DNA of 64,000 bases from Neocallimastix sp. 'constans' (GCA_050613775.1 JBODTK010000117.1:186001-250000), one strand, 5' to 3'; shown: positions 1 through 15,618, counted from the first letter of the stretch. Notes: a model not told the origin generated them from the letters alone. Program-made: numbers and translations.

Positions 1-426
1 ATATATATCTTCATTTTTTTTGTATAAAGTTTTAAATTCCGAATAATATTTTATATGATTATAAAAAAAAAAAAAAATTAGAAAGATAATATAAGGTGGA
101 GATGTCATTTTACAATGATAAAGATATATAAAGATATATATATCGTATGTATCATCTTTAATACAATAGGTTAATATATATTAACTCATTTCATTATTAA
201 ATTTTTCATTTTTTTTTATTTTTAATTTTTTACTTTTTTTTTTTTTTTTTGTTTTGTTCTTGATTTTGATTTTCTTTTTAATTAAATAATATATATATTG
301 AGATAAAAGTTAATATATAATCTTTTAAGATTTTGAGGATAAATTTTTTTTTTTTTTATTTATTATATATATATATATTATATATATCAATTTTATTTAA
401 TATTTAAAATTAGCATCATTTAATTA

Positions 427-461
<35 letters not shown>

Positions 462-940
462 TGTTAATTATACAAATTATGTAGTAATTTTAAATTAAAA
501 ATAAATTATTTTTTTTTTCATTGCTGTAATAAAAACTGTAATATTTATAATATTTTGTTTTGTTTCTTATTTTTAATTTTTTAATTTATAAAAAGTAATT
601 AAATATAATTTTAATATGTATATATCTATCTATCTAATAGAATTAAATATTTATTATTAAAAAAAAAAAAAAAAACAAATTATATATATGCATAAATATA
701 TATATATATTTAATAATAAAATTTTAAGATTTTTCAAAAGTTTTTTCTTTATGTCGATTATTATTTTTAGTAATAACAATAATAATAAATAATAATAATT
801 AATACTATTTAATAATAATAATATTATTATTATTAAGAAAGAGTACTTTTTTTTTTTACTTATTTTTTAGTTTTGGATAATAAATATTATCGATATTATT
901 AATATATATATATATAAACACTTATGAATATACCATTAAT

Positions 941-1466
941 ATGTCAACTTCAAATATAAGAAAATCAAGTTCGAATCGTGTGTTCAATCAGAATCAGGAT
1001 GGGTTTACCCAAAGACAAAAAGAAATTATTAATTCATGTAAAAGAAGTAAAGAGAAAAAAAATAAAAAAGAAAAAAGGGAAGGAGTACATGCTCGTGAAA
1101 TAAAAGCACTTGTAGAAGGAACTTCAAAAATTAAAAATAATCGAAATGATACATTTATTACTCAACAAGGTGGAAAAATGTATGCATAAAAAAAAAAAAA
1201 AGAGAAGAAAAAAATAAAATATAATAAAATAAAAGAATAATTTAATTGCATATTTTATTTATATAATTAAAAAAAAATTAAAGAGAAAACAATTTGTTTA
1301 AAGATATCACAAAAGAAAAAAAAAATTGTTTCTTTTATTTTTTATTTTTTTTATTTTATATATATATATAATTATTAATTATTAAATATATATTACTTTA
1401 TATGGTATATTAAAATTATATATATATGTATTCAAATAAATATGTATATATTTTTATTATTATTAT

Positions 1467-1505
<39 letters not shown>

Positions 1506-1712
1506 GTGTGTGTATGTAATAAAATAAAATAATAAAGTTACCAGAGTGATATTTTTGCAAAAGTAAGGATAATATATAAATTTCATATAGATGTTATGGC
1601 TCATTCACCTAATCATTTTATTATACATATAAATATTTTTTAAATAAAAAATATACAAATAAACGAACAATATTATATTATTCTAAAAAAAAAAAAAAAT
1701 AATTAATATTCA

Positions 1713-1744
<32 letters not shown>

Positions 1745-2838
1745 TATATTAATTATTATTATTATTAATTTTTATAGAATATATATGGTAGACAAAGTTA
1801 TCAATCTACATTATTATTACAAAAGAAAAATGAGATGGATATAGTCCAAAAAGATTTAGATGAGAAACGAGCTGAATTTGTAAAAAAAATGAAAGATTTT
1901 CGATTAAAAAAGGAAGAATTAAAATTAAAAGTAAACTATCATAGAAAAAAAAAAAAAAAAAAAAAAAGATTAAAAGTTTGAAATATATATTATACTAATA
2001 ATAATTGAAATATATATATATATATATAATATTAATTTATCAATATTATGTTTGTTATTTTTTTTAAAAAAAAAAAAAAAAAAACTTTTTTTTCCTTTTG
2101 TTAAAATATCAATTAAAAGCAAAAACAAATTAAAGAAAGAGTTGCAAAATTCGAAAAATTTTTAAAGGATAATGATGCAAAAGTATACCGAGCGAATATA
2201 AAAATTCAAAATGAAAAAAAATTAAAGAATCAAAAAGTAAATTGATAAGAAATAAAAATATATAAAAAAATATAAAATATATTAAAAAAAATTAATCTAT
2301 ATATATATATAGATATAGATATATAAAATAAAATAAAATAAAAATAGATATAAAATCATTTATTAAATAATTAATTTCAATATATATAAATATATTGTTT
2401 TTTTTGTATATAGATACTAGAATTAAATGAATTAAAAGATTTAAGGAGGAAAATTTTAACGAAAAGTCAAAATATTCAATATTTATTAAGTATGTATTTA
2501 TTACGTTTTTTATTTTATTAATTATAATAAAATATAATAACAATAATAACAAATAAAAAATTTTCTTTATTGTATGTGTTCAATATATAATTATTATAAT
2601 AATAAATAATAATAATAAATAATAATAATAATAATAAATAATAATAATAATAATAAGTAATAATAATAATAATAAATAATAATAATAATAAGTAATAATA
2701 ATAATAATAAATAATAATAATAAATAATAATAATAATAATAATAAATAATAATAATAATAATGGTAAATAATAATAAAAAATAATAATTATTTAAATTTT
2801 ATTTTAATCAATAATTTAATGTATAATTTATAATATAT

Positions 2839-2879
<41 letters not shown>

Positions 2880-4281
2880 AAAATATTATATATATGAAGA
2901 ATATCTTCAATCAGTATTGAATGCTTTACCACAGAATTATTTAGATGTCAGTGAACCTCATATCAATAATATAATCATGAGACATACAACATTAATTGAA
3001 ACACAACAAGAATTAAAAAATAGGGTTATTTTTAATCAAGAGGAATTAGAAAATATACATTTGAGATATGTAGCTGAAAGAAAAGTAAGTTAAATTAAAA
3101 AAATAAAAAAAAAATAAAAATAAAAATAAAATTAAAAAATAAAATATTTCAATATTATTTAATCATAGATTTAAATATTTATTTAAAATATTTATTGATA
3201 AATTTTTATAATTATTATTTTCTAATTTAAATATATTAAATAAAACCTACATATATATATTTCTATATATATATTTATTTCTATATATGTAAATATATAA
3301 TTTATGAAAACAAACAAAAAACAAAAATCAAAAAAAAAAAAAATAAAAAGAAAAAAAATAATATGATACTGGTATATAATTCACAATTAGATAATTTACA
3401 AAAGAAATATGAAATAGTAAAATCAAATAGTGCCTATTTAGAACAACATTATGAGGAACAGAATAGATTAAATAATGAAAGGGTTAGTAACATTTTTAAA
3501 ATATATTATGGGAAAATATTAAAATATATATATATATATATATATTTGAATTTATAATAATACAATAAAAAAAAAAAAAAGGAGTAATAATAATAATAAT
3601 AATAATATATTTATATAAAATTAAAATTATTATCTTTTATAATTAAAAAAAAATAAATGAAAAAAAAAAAAATAAAAAAAGATGAGAATTTTGGGTGAAG
3701 CAAAATTAGCTATTAATAACTTATATGAAAGAGCAGAAAGTAGAAATAAACAAAATAGTAGATATACACCTCCAAAAGTGGTAATTAATCCTCTTGGTAA
3801 AAAAACAAAATCAAATGCTGGTACCCTTAATAAAATTTCAGGACTTCTTCAAAGTAGTCAATCTCAGCATAATCCTATGAATATTAATGACCTTCTTAAA
3901 AATGATAATATATCAGAAAGTCTACCAAAAACGTATAACTCCAATATTGATGATAGATCGATAGATAATCGATGGGATACCTCATCATTTAAGACAAGTG
4001 AAGGTAATATAGATTTTACATACACTAATGAAATAAAAAATAGATCAAATCATGAATCCACAATCAATTCGGATCATCAAAACAATGTCAATATCCATCC
4101 AAGTAATAATAATGATACCAATAATTTTGAAAACTATACCTATAATATGAAATCATTATATGAAAAATTATTAGTCATTCAAGCAAGAGTTATAGATCTT
4201 CAAAGTAAGTTTTATTTTATATAAATATATATATATAAAAAAAATATATTTATATATACATATGTGTAATTTTTTTTATAA

Positions 4282-4380
<99 letters not shown>

Positions 4381-4525
4381 TTAGAAAAAATATTAAAAGT
4401 TTTATAATTTTATATACAACTATTAATTGTTATTAAATAAATTATATATAATTCAAATAGATGTAAAACAAAAGGTGGAAGAAACCATACAACAAGAGAA
4501 AAAAAAACAAGAAATAAAAAAATAA
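941..4525 (+). CDS. CCDC42/CFAP73-like (DUF4200) flagellar coiled-coil protein, 9 exons
   Basis: Phase-consistent GT-AG exons: 941-1179, 1538-1562, 1778-1930, 2120-2236, 2414-2489, 2879-3084, 3351-3482, 3682-4204, 4461-4525. The translation includes QSTLLLQKKNEMDIVQKDLDEKRAEF...QKQIKERVAKFEKFLKDNDAKVYRA and EYLQSVLNALP...IIMRHTTL, which resemble the DUF4200/CCDC42 family. Family call is by recognition, not by search. Confidence 0.8.
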
Positions 4526-4591
4526 ATTTATATATTTATTTTTATAATATATATATTAAATTTTGAAATTAATATAAATATTAATTACTAT

Positions 4592-4629
<38 letters not shown>

Positions 4630-4939
4630 GAAATGAATGAATAAATAAATATTTTTTTTTTATTTTTAACGATTAATTTTCATTTTTCTAATAAATAAAT
4701 AAATAATAAAAGATATAAAATGTTTTTATATATAAATCAAAAGTTAAATGTATATTAATTAATATATCACACACAAAAAAATTAAAAAGAATGACAATTA
4801 AAAAAAAAAAAAAAAAAAAAAAAGAAAAACAACGAATAATAAAATTAAAATAAAACAAAATAAAATAAAACAAAGAGGTTTCAAACTAAAAATTAATAAT
4901 ATTAAATATATCTTTTAAATATATATATATTTATATAAA

Positions 4940-4983
<44 letters not shown>

Positions 4984-5209
4984 ATATAAAAATATATTTT
5001 ATTTTGTTAAATTTAATTTTTATTTTATAAAAATCAATTCTTAAAGTAAACATTTTTCTATAAAAAAATTATTTAAAATATAAAAAACACATTGGATTTG
5101 TAAATTTTGTAAATGAAACTTCTACAAAAAAAAAAATTTTTTTTTTTTTTTTTTTTTAACGGCAACAAACTTGTTTCATCTTTATTAATTAAATATTTGA
5201 TAAAATATA

Positions 5210-5255
<46 letters not shown>

Positions 5256-5299
5256 TAAAAAAATAAAAAAAACACAAAATAAAAATAAAATAAAATAAT

Positions 5300-6365
5300 G
5301 GTATAAAATATTCTAGTTTCATTTAATTAATATTTGTAAAAGTGCAAAGTAAGAGACTTTACTAAGTACATAGGAGTTAATTATAATCTTCTTAAATTAA
5401 TTAATATCTGTAAGACTTCACAAGGGCATTATTATACTGAAGTATAATAATTAATTTTGACTTCACAATGTTAATCATAATTTTAAGATACGAAATTATG
5501 ATCTTCATTGGTTGCGCTAGCCCTGCTGGCCTGTCTTATTGTTTCTTCAAGCATTGACGATCTTAGTAGTAGTGGTACGGTACGATTTGATTTGAACCTA
5601 TTGAACAAAGGCCATTGCTGACCAATAGCAATAGGTATAAATCGATTGAAGAAGAGCCGCAGTAACCACCAAGAATGGAGTATCAGAATAAGCATCTGAT
5701 TTCATCTGGCACTTAAATAGATCCTTCCATTCCCTTGTACTATTATTAATACTTCTTCCTCCAAGAAGGAAATTAAACACTTTTTCACACACACTAGAAT
5801 CAATATACACATTATTTTCAATACTATTATTAACATTACTAATAAAACTATTACTAATATTACTATTAACTATTATTACTATTACTATTATTACTGTTGA
5901 TGTAATCATTATTACTATTAACTATATCATTTGTTAGGTTGCCACGGTATAAAGCATTATATAAAAATAAAATTTTATTTTTGCAGCTTTAGCAATTATA
6001 GCATCTAATCTATATCCGCTTCGTGCTCTCAATAGCCAATAGAAACCATATGAAAGATCAGGATATTTATAACAAAGTTTTATAAATTTTGGTGTTTCTT
6101 TGAATTTGTTTTTGTCATAAAACTCAGCTTTAATAGAATTGATTTTCATATCTCTTTTCCAATAAAAATCCTTGATTTTATTATCGTTATTACCTCTTTT
6201 CTCTAGTTTACGTTTAAGAGTTCTACTTTCTTTCGTCCATGTATATTTTCTAGATTTTAGAATATTATTAACTAAATAGGAAATAATGAAAAATGGACAA
6301 TCAATTAACACAATGCCTTATCCATTCTTTATTACTTTTACAACAGGGACAAAAATTAGGACACA
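5300..6365 (-). mobile_element. Decayed 3' fragment of a probable non-LTR (LINE-like) retrotransposon ORF
   Basis: Intronless, GC-elevated block. Three minus-strand ORF pieces (5934-6311, 5598-5909, 5483-5695) are linked by frameshifts. Motifs KSRKYTWTKES, FYWLLRARSGY and VFNFLLGG resemble the region C-terminal to RT in LINE ORF2. No RT core is present and the boundaries are approximate. Confidence 0.5.
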
Positions 6366-6503
6366 TAAAAAAAAAATAAATATATATATATATATATAAT
6401 TTATGAAAAAGCATAATTTTTATTTTGAAAATTTTATTTTTCCTAAACAAAAATGATAAATAAATATGAAAAAATTTTTAAAGTACTTCTTTTCATTTTG
6501 AAA

Positions 6504-6536
<33 letters not shown>

Positions 6537-7021
6537 TTTTATTTATTTTTATATTGTAAATATAAATTTTCTATTAAAACAATTATTTTTTTTTCTTTTT
6601 TTATTGTAAATTTTTTTTATTTTGTAAAATTAAAATTTTCTAATAAAACGATTATTATTATTATTATTATTTTATTAATTTAATTTTTCTAAAAAAATAA
6701 AAAAAAAAAAAAAAAGTAAATATTTTAAACTATATTTTATTTATATTTTTTTGTAAACATTTATATTCTAAAACAAAAAAAATGATGTAAAAAAAATATT
6801 TATTAACAAAAAAACAATTTTTTTTTTTTTTTTATTTTGTAAATCTATTTCTCTTGAAAAAAAAAAAAATAAATGTAAATCTTATTAAATATTATATTAT
6901 AATATATTAACATATATTATTATTATTATTTTTTTTTTTTTTTGTAATTGAAATAATATATATAATGTATATATTTATTCTTTTTTTTATTTATTTTTTT
7001 TTTTTAGTATTTTATGTAAAT

Positions 7022-8148
7022 TTATAAATCTTCTGTTATTTCTTGGGTTTGAGGATCATGTACTTCTTCTGTTATTTCTGGTTGAGTGGTAGCAGTAGCT
7101 TCAGGAGGAGGAGAGCTAATATTATTATCATTGTTGTTATGATCTTTAGGTATTTCTTCTATATACTCCTTATATTCTTCGGTTATTTCTTGACCATTTT
7201 GACGTTTTAGTGGTGGTGGTGGATGATGTACTGTGGCATCATGAGCATCATATTCATCCATCATAGCAATGGTTTTTGAACCTGGTGGAACTGTCCACCA
7301 TGAATCTACCTTTGGTTGAGCATGGCTAAATTTACTCATTTTAAATAAGTTTTTAGGATCTTCTTCTTCTTTCTTTTGTACTCTTTTTGTTGATAAATTA
7401 CTTAATAAATTAGCTGTAGCAGCCATTCTTTCATAATGTTCATGTCTTAACTATTAAATTTTTTTTTTTTTTTTTTGTCGTATTTTTTTTTTTTTTTATA
7501 AATTTATATTTTTTTTTTATATTATTTTTATAATTTTTTTTGTATTATTATTTTTTTTTATTCGTATTATCCATGTATATATTTTTTCAATATTACGAAG
7601 GAATTAATTGTATGTTCCATGATAAGCAAATTTAATATTAATTTTTTTTTTTTTTTTTTAATTTTTAAATTTGAAGTCATTTTTTTTTTTTTTTTTTTTT
7701 TTTTTTTGTTATTATACATTTTTGAGAAGGAAATGATTATATTTAAATTAATATTTTTATTTATTATAATAGAATAAATCAATATATATATATATATTAA
7801 AAATTAATAAATATTATTTCAATTTTTATGGTTACAAACTTCTTAAATAAAGTAAAATATTAAAATGTATATATATATAAATATATAAATTCATAAATTT
7901 TTTGAAACAAAGTAAATGAAAAAAAAAAAGATGAATAACAGAAAAAAAAAAAATTAAAAAGGAGATTTTACCTTCTTTTTATGCAATAATTCTAATTGTT
8001 TGTTTTCTTCTTGTTTCTTTTCAAATTCTCTATAATAATGATAAGAAATAACTTTATGGAATGGTGAAGGAGGTCTAATTTTTTTTTTTTTTTTTTTTTT
8101 TATATATACATATATACATAATATTTTATATATCCAATAGATGGAGAA

Positions 8149-8180
<32 letters not shown>

Positions 8181-8776
8181 GAGTATAATTATTAATAAAT
8201 CAAGTATAATTAACAATTATTATTAATATTAATACAATTGATATGATTAAGCTATTTCTTTCTTATAAAGCAATACCTTGTTGGATCACCATAAGTATAT
8301 TCTGGGTCTTTATCTGAAGGAAGTACTACCTTTCTTCTGTTTCGATAAACTTCTTGAGGACTAATTACCTTCTTTTTATCTTTTTATTATTATTATTATT
8401 ATTATTATTTATAAGAAAGAAATTTAGTTCAAGTTATTATATATTATATATAATATATATATATATAAAAGGTATAAAAATGAAAAATACAAAAAGAATA
8501 CAAAAAATTTAAAAAAAAATTAATACAGTATTCCAATTCAATAATAATATAAAATATATTAAGATATCAAGACATTTATATTTGTATATATTTATTTCTC
8601 TATCATTAATAATATAATTTATTAAATATAGAAAAGAAAGAAAAAAAAAAAAAAAAAAGTTATGAAAAGAATATCATTAAACTATAAAACAATAAAAAAA
8701 AAAAAAAAAAATTTTTTTTTTAATTTTTACTTGAAGTTTTATCATTAATTCTTGTTTCTTGACGAGTTGAACTCAT
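7022..8776 (-). CDS. CFAP77-like (DUF4483) axonemal protein
   Basis: Minus-strand exons 8776-8731, 8379-8277, 8074-7972 and 7450-7022 are phase-consistent. A further exon may end at 7597 (..MEHTINSF), but its acceptor is not resolvable in homopolymer. The spliced protein has EYTYGDPTRPPSPFHKVISYHY and NLFKMSKFSHAQPKVDS, resembling the CFAP77 C-terminal motifs. Confidence 0.65.
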
Positions 8777-8945
8777 TTTTTCGTTAATAGTATTTATAAA
8801 TTAATATATTTATATATATATATATATTTATTTATTTATTTTAAAAAACAAAGAAAAAAAAAAAAACAAAAAAAAAGAAAAAAAAAAAATTTTTTTTTTT
8901 TAATTATTTTTTATTTAAGAAAGACTGAATGATGTATATATTCTT

Positions 8946-8979
<34 letters not shown>

Positions 8980-9742
8980 ATATTTTTGCTTTATTATTTA
9001 TTATTTAATTATTTTTTTTTTCTTTTTGATTATTTTTTTTTGCCTTTTTCTCTATGTACTGTTTTGCTTTTTAATCTCTAAACAAAATAATTTCTATTAT
9101 ATTTTCGTTTTTCTCTATATATTTATTATTTTAATTTTTTTTTTTTTTTATTATATATATTAATACTACTCCTGTATTTATTTTTTTGAACAAAAAAATA
9201 TAAATTTTTTTTTTAAAAAAAATAAAATAAAATAAAATGAAATAAAATAAAAATAAAATAAAAAATAAAAAATAAAAAATAAAAAGTAAAAAATAAAAAA
9301 AAAAAAATAGTTTAATAATCTAATACATATGTAAATTTATTATTATTGTTATTATTATTTTCATATTAATATTTAATAATAATGATTGTTCAAATAATAA
9401 TAATAACAATAATAAAAATAATAAAAAAGTTAGAGTTTACTGAAATTATAATTAAACAAAAACAAAAAACAAAAAAAAAAAAACTTTTTTTTTAAATATC
9501 CTCAATATAATAAATTTGTTTATTTTTTTTAATATTTTAATAAAAAAAATCAAAAAATCAAAAAAAAAAAAAAAAAAAACCAACTTTCTTTTTTTTTTTT
9601 ATGTTTTAAATCTAAAATATTTTAATAATTAAATAATGAATTTGTTTGGATTAAAAATTAAAATTTTTATAATTTTTTTAATTTTTTCAAAAAAAAAAAA
9701 AAAAAAAAAAAAAATTTTTTTTTTATCAAATATTTGTTATTA

Positions 9743-9792
<50 letters not shown>

Positions 9793-10739
9793 CATTCTCT
9801 TATATTTATATATATATTATCTTTTATTATTAAAAATTGTAAATAATAGATTTATGTTTTTATTTAATTATTATTATTTTTTTTTCATAGATCTTTTATA
9901 AAAAATCACCTCTAAAATAAAATTTTTAAATATAGATATATTTTATATCTAATATATTATTTGTTCATACTGATAAAAAATAATTCTAAAAAAGTAATAT
10001 TACTGATTATTATACAAGAAAGATAATTACTAAAAAAAAAAAAAAAAAAAAAAAAAAATATTAATTTTAATATAATAAAAATTATTATTATTATTATTAT
10101 TATTAAAAAACATTTTTGAATAAATATTATATATAAATTAATATATATATATAATTAATATTTTATTTCATAAAATGTAATAAACTGTTAATATAAGTAA
10201 TTATTTTAATATAACTTTTTTTTTATTATATTTCCTCTTTTTTTTTTTAAGAAGTTATGAAATAAAAAATAATAATAATAATAATAATAAAAATAACGAG
10301 GGAATAAAAGAATTTTTATACGTTTTTATTTTGTTTATTTTATATATACCACTTTATTATTATTATTAATAAAACATTTATTATGAATAATAATATATAT
10401 ATTAAAAAAAAATTATTTTTATGATGAATTCTTAATTTTCAATATATATATACATTTATCAATGGAACAAATAAACTAGAAAATATATATATATATAAAT
10501 TTATTATATTTTTTATTTCATTATTTTTTTTTTTTTACTATTTTTCAATAAAGATGATATTTATTTATTATTTTATTATTATTATTATTTAAAAAGAAGA
10601 AGAACTTGTTAAAAAGAAAATATGATGAGTGGTACATAATTTATAATAATTAATAAAAAATTAATAAATAATAATATCAGAAAAAAAATTTTTTTTTATA
10701 TATCCTGTTTTAAATTTATATATTGTATTTTTTAATATT

Positions 10740-10781
<42 letters not shown>

Positions 10782-11736
10782 TACTTCAATAAAGAGTATG
10801 AAAATAAAACCTTTTATTAATATTATTAATATTTAAATAATAATATTAAAGGAATAACTATTATTACTAACTATTATTACTAAAAATTATATATAAATAT
10901 ATATATATTTAATTTTAATTTGGAAAAAAATATATATATATAATATATATATATATTTTTTATTATTTATATATTAGAAATAATTTCAAATATAATTTTT
11001 TGTAAATTTTTTTTTTTTTTTCTAATTATTATATCAATATCATATATTGCTTAAATTATATTTAAAAAATATATATAATTATATATTATATCCAGCGAAT
11101 CTATAATTTTTTTTAATGAAGAGGAAAGGGGATATAAATATATAATCAAAAGATATTTATAGAAATTAGTCCAAGTAATAAAATTTTTTAAATTCTTCAT
11201 ATTCCATTATTAAATATATTATATATGATATGAAAAAAAAAATGTATATAAAAATAATATGTATCATTTGATTAAAAGTTAATTATTTTATTATTATTTT
11301 TATTATTATTATTATTTATTTGTCTATTTATTTATTTATTTATTTATATGTAAAATTCATTAAATATATTTTTATACATTTATTATACATGAAAAACTTC
11401 TTTTTTATCTCATTTTTATTTAATTTTTTAATAAATATATAAAAAAGAATAATAATTTTTTTTTTCCAAATTAAAAATGAGATATTATAATATAAAAATT
11501 TTGTTTATAATAACATTTAATATGGGATTTAATTTAATGTTATATGTTATTAATTATTAATATTAAGGTTTTAATTAAGATAAAAAAAAAGTTTTTTTTT
11601 TTTTTTTTAATATTATTTTTTTTTTCAAATATATTTTTTTTTTTTATATATTATTTTCTTTTTAAAAAAGATCAAAAAAGGTTATTTATTATATAATTAA
11701 AAATATTAATAATACTTCATATGTAAGACATTTTTA

Positions 11737-11778
<42 letters not shown>

Positions 11779-11941
11779 TGTATATCTATATATATAATTA
11801 ATAATTAGATAATATTAGTAAAAAGTACAGGAATTTTTTTTTTTTTTTTTTTTATTTAATATTTTTATTTTTGCTATAATTAATTGTTAACAAATAAATA
11901 ACAAAAATATTTTAATTAAAAATAAATAAAAAATAATAAAA

Positions 11942-11973
<32 letters not shown>

Positions 11974-12035
11974 AAATAGATAAAAAATCATATATAAATA
12001 TAGATATATCTATATATTAAAGTAAGGAAGGTATT

Positions 12036-13342
12036 ATGGAATCGGATGATCAATCAAACGAACAAATCTCAAATAATAGAAGTCAAGATGTTAATGAAAG
12101 TGTACAAGAAATAGATGAAGATGAAAATAATAATCAAGAATCATCTGTAGATTTAGGTAAAATTAGCATACCTGGAAGTAACATTATGATAGATACTGAT
12201 GAAAATGAAATGAATGAAAATAATGATGAGAATGATTCAGTAAATAATATAGAAATTTTGAAACGTAGTAGTAGTAGTAAACTTAGTAATGTTGATAATA
12301 ATAGTACAACAAATGAAAATGAATATAATGATGATAATGAAAATGAGGATAAAAGTATAAATGAAAATGAAAATGAAAATGAAAATGAAAATGAAAATGA
12401 AATTGGAGAAATGGAAGGTAATATTGAGGAGAATGACTATCCAAACTCAAATTCCAATAATAATTCATATTCAGTAAATGATGATGAAAAGGATTCCAGA
12501 GCATCTTTTGATGAAGAGCCATCGAGTAGAAACTCACAAAGTTCAAATAGTCGAAATAATTCAAAAATATCCCAGAGAGATAGTGAAGAATCAGTGACAT
12601 TAGGTATTGATGAAAATAAAGCCAAGGATAATCTATCCTCTATCTTTAACTATACCAGTATCTATTCCAATATTACCAAGAATAATAAGTCATCATCGGA
12701 AGAAAATATGATAAAACTTCAAGAGCACATCGAAAATAAAAAGAAAGAAAAGTTAAATCAAAAGAATGGAAGTGAAGAAACAATAAATGATGAGGATAGT
12801 CAAGATAATTTTACAATAGCCACGATGACAAAGGATAATTTTATAAATTTATTGAATAGTATGACGTATAATGATATTACTTTAATAAAGGATCGATTGA
12901 GTGAAATAGGGATCTATAATCAATTTAATGATATTTTATTAGATAAACAAAATAATATAATTGAAAAATTAATTGAACAAAAGCAAGAACTACAAAGAAA
13001 AATTTTGTATCAGAAGGAAGAAATTAAGAAGCTAAGAAATAGTGTAGATTGTTACAATAAAAATATGAAATATGTAAGGAAGAAGACCCTAAATGATGTT
13101 TGTAATCGGTGTGGCATATCCTTTGATAAGGAAGGAAATCCCCATCGAGTTACAGTCTTCGGTAAACCTATTTTAAAAGAAGAACTCATTGAAAAAACTA
13201 AAATTCAAAGTAATTTGTTAGAAGTAGGATTAGAATCAAAGAAAGAAGTTAAAATTGAAGAAAATGTTAATCCATTAGAGTAAGTTGAAAATAAAAGTAT
13301 AAATATTAACAAATAAAATATATTTAAATATATATATATCTA

Positions 13343-13385
<43 letters not shown>

Positions 13386-13566
13386 AAAATAATAAAATTT
13401 AATAATATTAAAATTTTTTTTAATATTAATTATATATAAATATTTTTTTATATTTATATATATATTATTTTTCATTACCTTTATATTTTTTTTATATCAT
13501 ATCAATAAAAAAAATACCATACGTTTTATTTCTATAATACTATGGAAATTATCATTAAATCATCAT

Positions 13567-13637
<71 letters not shown>

Positions 13638-15618
13638 GAATTATGAATGAATATTTTTTCACAAAGACTCATTATAATCCTCATATTGAAGATTATAATG
13701 AAAGTTATAATCGAATTAAAGAAAGACAAGCCTTAATTATGTTGAAATCAACGACAGTGAATGAAAAAATTTTATTATTAAATAAGCAGGTTAGGAATGC
13801 TGAAATTACCGTAAGAGAATGTATTAGTGCATTGGTGGAGGAACAAAGAAAATCGGCCCAAATGAAAGCAAAATATGACCATGCCTTAGAAGTGATACGA
13901 AATTTAGAAAGTCAACAAGAAAAATATATGAAAGACTATAAATATTCTTATTATATTAATGGTGTTGTTCCCATCGCTGAAAATAAAGAACTTATCGACT
14001 CCATCACTAAAGGAATCAATAATGATCCCTATGCTAAACTTGTAAATAAATCGGCCACCATGACTCCCAATTATCTTAATAACAGTAATCCATCATTAAA
14101 TAAGATGAAACGTTCGATATCCAATACCACGACAACAAAATTGAAAGAAATGCCAAATAAGATCATTCCCACCATCTATGTTGAAGAGAAAACTAATTCT
14201 TTAAATTTAGAATTATTAGAATATAAATTAGAAAATTTAAAAATTATTAATAAACTTAGTCTCTCCGATCCCCCACCACCATTAACCAATGTAAATTATA
14301 TAAATTATATAAATAATAAGAATAAAAATATAGAGGAATGGAGTACTGGTACTCCTGATGATGTTTCTAATAATAAGGATAACATGGTAAATGAAGAAGT
14401 TAAAAAAGATAAATCAAATGAAAGTATAGTAATTAAAAACAGGGGGGTTGAAGATCTCATTCAAGATAATGAAACTCCAACTCAAAATGAAGACAATATC
14501 GAAAGCAATAATGAAAATAGTGAGGCATCTACGGATGAGAATAAAGTCATTGAAGAAGATGGAAATAATAATAATGAAGAAGTGAATGAAATTATTGATG
14601 AAAATAATGAAAACAGTGAGAGTAGCAATGAAGGTAATGAAAGTCCTAAAAGTGATGAAAATAATGAAAACAATGATGGTAGCCAAGAAGATAATGAAAG
14701 TAATGAAAATATTGAAAATAATTCTAGTAGTCATGAAAGTAATGAAATGAAAGAAACAAATGAAGATAATAAAACTGAAAGCAAAGAAGAAGACATTACA
14801 ACAAATGAAAGAAACAATGAGAATAATAACAAATCTAGTAAAATTAGCCCCAAAGAAGAAGAGAATAAAAGCAAAAACAGTAGTAATGAAACCAGTACAG
14901 ATGAAGCATTTGATGCGAATCAAAAAATATCGGAAAAACTTAACTATCTTAATGAGATTTTAAATATAAAAGATGATAAATCCATCAATAATCTTAAAAT
15001 ATTATCTAATTCAAAGTATAAGAAAATTGATATAAAATTTTCGAGTGACTGTGAAAATATGTTTCTACCCATTCAACCATCCTCTTTATCCAGAGAAAAA
15101 CTACAACCTCGTATTATAACCCCTAACCCCCCTACTAAATATAAAATGACCTATGATAAAGTTTATCGTGATTCAGATAAGACAAAGTAAGTTTTATTCC
15201 TATTTTTTTTTTTTTTTTTTTTTAATAATCAATAATAATAATTATCAAAAAAGTCTTAATAATAGTTATTATAAAGATATAATAATAATAATAATAATAG
15301 ATTTTATATATTAGTAACTAATAAATTAAAAAAAAATTAATATAAAGAAAAAAATATGAATATAAAACGAAATTTAAATATAGAATGAATAATTTTAAAT
15401 TATATTTATGATTAATTAAAAGAATATTTATATAATTTATTTTAATAATATTTTTATTTTATTATATATATATAATTATTTTTAGAGTTTCATCTTCTAA
15501 AGTAAAGTTACCATCATTATCTTCGTATGAAAAAAATTTAAAATCAAAAATAATAAAAAACAGTAAATACAAAAAGAATCCATATTATCAATCAAAATTA
15601 GTGATTGATAAATTTTAA
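12036..15618 (+). CDS. Hypothetical ~974-aa acidic, Asn-rich protein with central coiled coils
   Basis: Exons 12036-13279, 13639-15186 and 15486-15618 are joined by two phase-2 introns with GTAAGT donors and AG acceptors. This merges the 415-aa and 515-aa ORFs of the track. It has N/E/D-rich disordered flanks, heptad-like segments and one CNRC motif. Confidence 0.8.

Noticed and set aside
9636..9833. Short F/Y/I/K/N-rich ORFs (also 1416, 2292, 4688, 13275, 13532, 16024, 19363, 20224, 22719, 30989, 46588, 56206, 57777, 63652)
   Set aside because: They are translations of homopolymers and microsatellites with no coding signal.
14414..14963. Antisense and alternative-frame ORFs overlapping real genes (also at 12283-12625, 36317-36610, 48583-48942, 61317-62435)
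   Set aside because: These are shadows of biased codon usage in the true CDS.
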